The notes under the pieces: model-generated
Seen by the model: only the letters and a program-made list of their open reading frames with translations
The model's database searches: none
Told to the model about the DNA's origin: nothing
Program-made: the position numbers and the translations under genes
Part shown: one piece after another, positions 62,102 to 64,000 of the stretch
Position numbering within the stretch: position 1 is the stretch's first letter
How the letters are laid out: the number at the start of each line of letters is the position of its first letter
Assembly: GCA_963751455.1 (NCBI GenBank)
Contig: CAVVUN010000015.1
Coordinates: forward strand, 224,001 to 288,000
DNA: 64,000 bases
Direction of reading: 5' to 3'
DNA from: Nitrospirota bacterium
GTDB lineage: Bacteria > Nitrospirota > UBA9217

Positions 62102-62200
62102 GGCTATCTCCTTTCTGCCGCAGCTAATGGATTTTGAACCCCGTTTGTTGCTCAATCTATATTAAGATAAGTCACGTGCCGAATTGCGCGGTTGACCGGT

Positions 62201-62512
62201 TCACTTTGAATAAGTCTCTGCAACAACGGGGTGAACCATCAGGCCCATTCCCTGACCGATTAACCAGCCGATTGACGATGAAGCCGTGGTGATCATGATC
62301 CCCGATACCATCACACCCAGGAGCATGGAGACCAGGACGATCATGCGTGAAAGGATCCCCGGCTCAAGGGGAAGACCGAACAGCATGCCCGCCGCGCTCA
62401 CTCCCATGGCGCCTCCGATGAGGCTTCCCGGCAGCAATCCGAAGAGTCCGAAAAGAACCAGTCCTGCACCCGCTCCTGCGTAAGCACCCTGTTTTGATTT
62501 TGAGGTCTTCAT
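62201..62512 (-). CDS. Small Gly-rich membrane protein B (copy 2)
   Basis: Near-identical to 51794-52105. Confidence 0.85.
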   Translation of the reverse strand: MKTSKSKQGAYAGAGAGLVLFGLFGLLPGSLIGGAMGVSAAGMLFGLPLEPGILSRMIVLVSMLLGVMVSGIMITTASSSIGWLIGQGMGLMVHPVVAETYSK

Positions 62513-62551
62513 TTTCGTTTCCTCCTTTTCGCGTCGTCTTGCCTTTGTAAT

Positions 62552-62567
62552 TGCATCAGTCATGCCA
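62552..62567 (-). promoter_or_regulatory. Sigma54 -24/-12 promoter (copy 2)
   Basis: TGGCATGACTGATGCA, identical in both copies. Confidence 0.7.
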
Positions 62568-62758
62568 AAGAGTAACATGCTGATTTTGCTGGAATCAGGG
62601 GAAGAAGGTCTTTTGCAGAAGTGAGAAGAATCGGCGGAGCTTTTTTAGAGATGCAAAACTGATCAGTAGTTGAGTGGAACAAAATCGACAAAAAGCTACC
62701 ACCCGTTTAGCATGCTATGCCTGAATTTGCTCTGCGGATTAGCGATATAATTAATACC

Positions 62759-64000
62759 ATGAAGCTCTCCGACCTGCTGGATGACAGCGTCATCAGGGTG
62801 AACCTCAGGGCGCGTGATCAGAAAGGCTCCCTCGAGGAGATGGTGGGCATCCTGAAGCGAGCGGGAAAGATTAACGATCCCGGGAAAATACTGAAGGCCC
62901 TTCTCGACCGGGAGGCTTCAGGCAGCACGATCTTCGGCCGCGGGATAGCATTCCCCCATGCACGAGTGGACGGGTTGAGCGAACCCGTTGCGCTGCTCGC
63001 GCTCTCTCAAAAAGGCATTCGTTATGACGGACCCCAAGAGTATCCTGTCTATCTCCTTTTTCTATTCCTGACTCCCACCGAGACTACCGAGCTTCACCTC
63101 CAGATCCTCTCCAAGGCATCCGCAATCTTTTCAGACCCACGACTTTACCATGCGCTCCGGAAGGCGAAGTCCCGGCAGGCGCTCCTGCAGTTTCTGCTGA
63201 ACCATGAAAAAGGCGGCAAGGAAACGTTTTTTCCGCTGCCGATCGACGAGATATACAAGGAACTGGCCACCGGGCCGCAGGGACTTACTGAAGAAGAGGC
63301 AGCGAAGAGGCTTGAACGGTTCGGTTCGAATGTCCTCAGGGAGGCAAGAAGAAAACCGCTTCTTCTGCGCTTTGCAGAAAATCTTACGAACCTGCTTGCT
63401 GTCCTGCTCTGGATCGGGGGCTTTCTCGCCTTTGTTGCTCAGATGCCGGAGCTCGGCTGGGCTATATTTGCCGTGATCATCATTAATGCGCTCTTCAGTT
63501 TCTGGCAGGAGTACAAGGCGGAGCGGGCTGTGGAGGCGCTCAAGAAACTTCTTCCGAAAAAGACCCGGGTTGTCCGCAAAGGGAAGGAACAGGAGGTTCC
63601 GGCGAATACGCTCGTCCCCGGCGACATCATCCTTCTTGAAGAAGGCGACGCGGTATCCGCTGATGCGCGTCTGATTGAGGCCTCCGCGATGAGAGTGGAC
63701 AACTCCGCATTGACCGGGGAATCGAGGCCGATACACAAGGCCGCTGAAGCAGTGGTTGACGGTAAGGAGTTCCTCTGGACGGAAATTCCGAACCTTGTCT
63801 TTGCGGGCACTTCGGTATCATCCGGAAGCGGCAAGGCCGCGGTTATTGCAACGGGAATGCACAGCGAGATCGGCAGGATCGCCTCGCTCACCCAGGAACT
63901 GACGGATGAGAAGAGTCCCCTCCAGCGTGAGATCGAAAAAGTGACGAAGTTCGTTACGGTGATTGCCGTGACCATGGGCGTTCTCTTTTTCTTTCTCGGG
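62759..64000 (+). CDS. PTS EIIA domain fused to a type II P-type cation ATPase (runs off the window)
   Basis: Manual translation: GIAFPHAR (EIIA His), GLTEEEAAKRLERFGSN, LVPGDII..GDAVSADARL, VDNSALTGES; absent from the ORF track because it has no stop in the window. Confidence 0.92.
   Translation, partial: MKLSDLLDDSVIRVNLRARDQKGSLEEMVGILKRAGKINDPGKILKALLDREASGSTIFGRGIAFPHARVDGLSEPVALLALSQKGIRYDGPQEYPVYLLFLFLTPTETTELHLQILSKASAIFSDPRLYHALRKAKSRQALLQFLLNHEKGGKETFFPLPIDEIYKELATGPQGLTEEEAAKRLERFGSNVLREARRKPLLLRFAENLTNLLAVLLWIGGFLAFVAQMPELGWAIFAVIIINALFSFWQEYKAERAVEALKKLLPKKTRVVRKGKEQEVPANTLVPGDIILLEEGDAVSADARLIEASAMRVDNSALTGESRPIHKAAEAVVDGKEFLWTEIPNLVFAGTSVSSGSGKAAVIATGMHSEIGRIASLTQELTDEKSPLQREIEKVTKFVTVIAVTMGVLFFFLG

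Larger units (their letters stand above)
61748..62935. repeat. ~1.2 kb direct repeat, copy 2
   Basis: Highly similar to 51325-52550. Confidence 0.95.

Overview
Bacterial chromosomal window. The gene content and style suggest Nitrospirota or Desulfobacterota, but this is inference only. 1-25 kb holds signalling and accessory genes: a 7TM-PAS histidine kinase, a GGDEF-EAL protein, PfpI, NmrA behind a c-di-GMP-I riboswitch, a B12 radical SAM enzyme, recQ, nupC, a UbiB-family kinase and CopD. Their intergenic gaps carry a family of mosaic repeats built from 40-70 nt structured modules nested inside each other, some with RNA-type motifs (loop E, T-loop). 26-38 kb is core: Re-citrate-synthase-like enzyme, rpe, PASTA protein, rsmB, DUF116, fmt, def, a large TPR protein and glnB-glnA. 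38.4-62 kb is a heavily reworked hotspot. It contains (1) a ~10 kb island bounded by a duplicated glnA 3' end, carrying a decayed kdpD-kdpE-KimA-like locus hit by MITEs, MntA/HepT, a RelE-like/SF1-helicase/ankyrin protein and an AbiE pair; (2) an integrase-less cluster of attC sites with more TA pairs; (3) a 1.2 kb direct repeat; and (4) a second 3'-end-duplicated island encoding a beta-barrel protein and a 22-repeat Lig-like lipoprotein. The window ends inside a PTS-EIIA/P-type ATPase fusion gene. No rRNA, tRNA, CRISPR array, integrase or reverse transcriptase was seen. All family assignments come from motif recognition by eye, not database searches.
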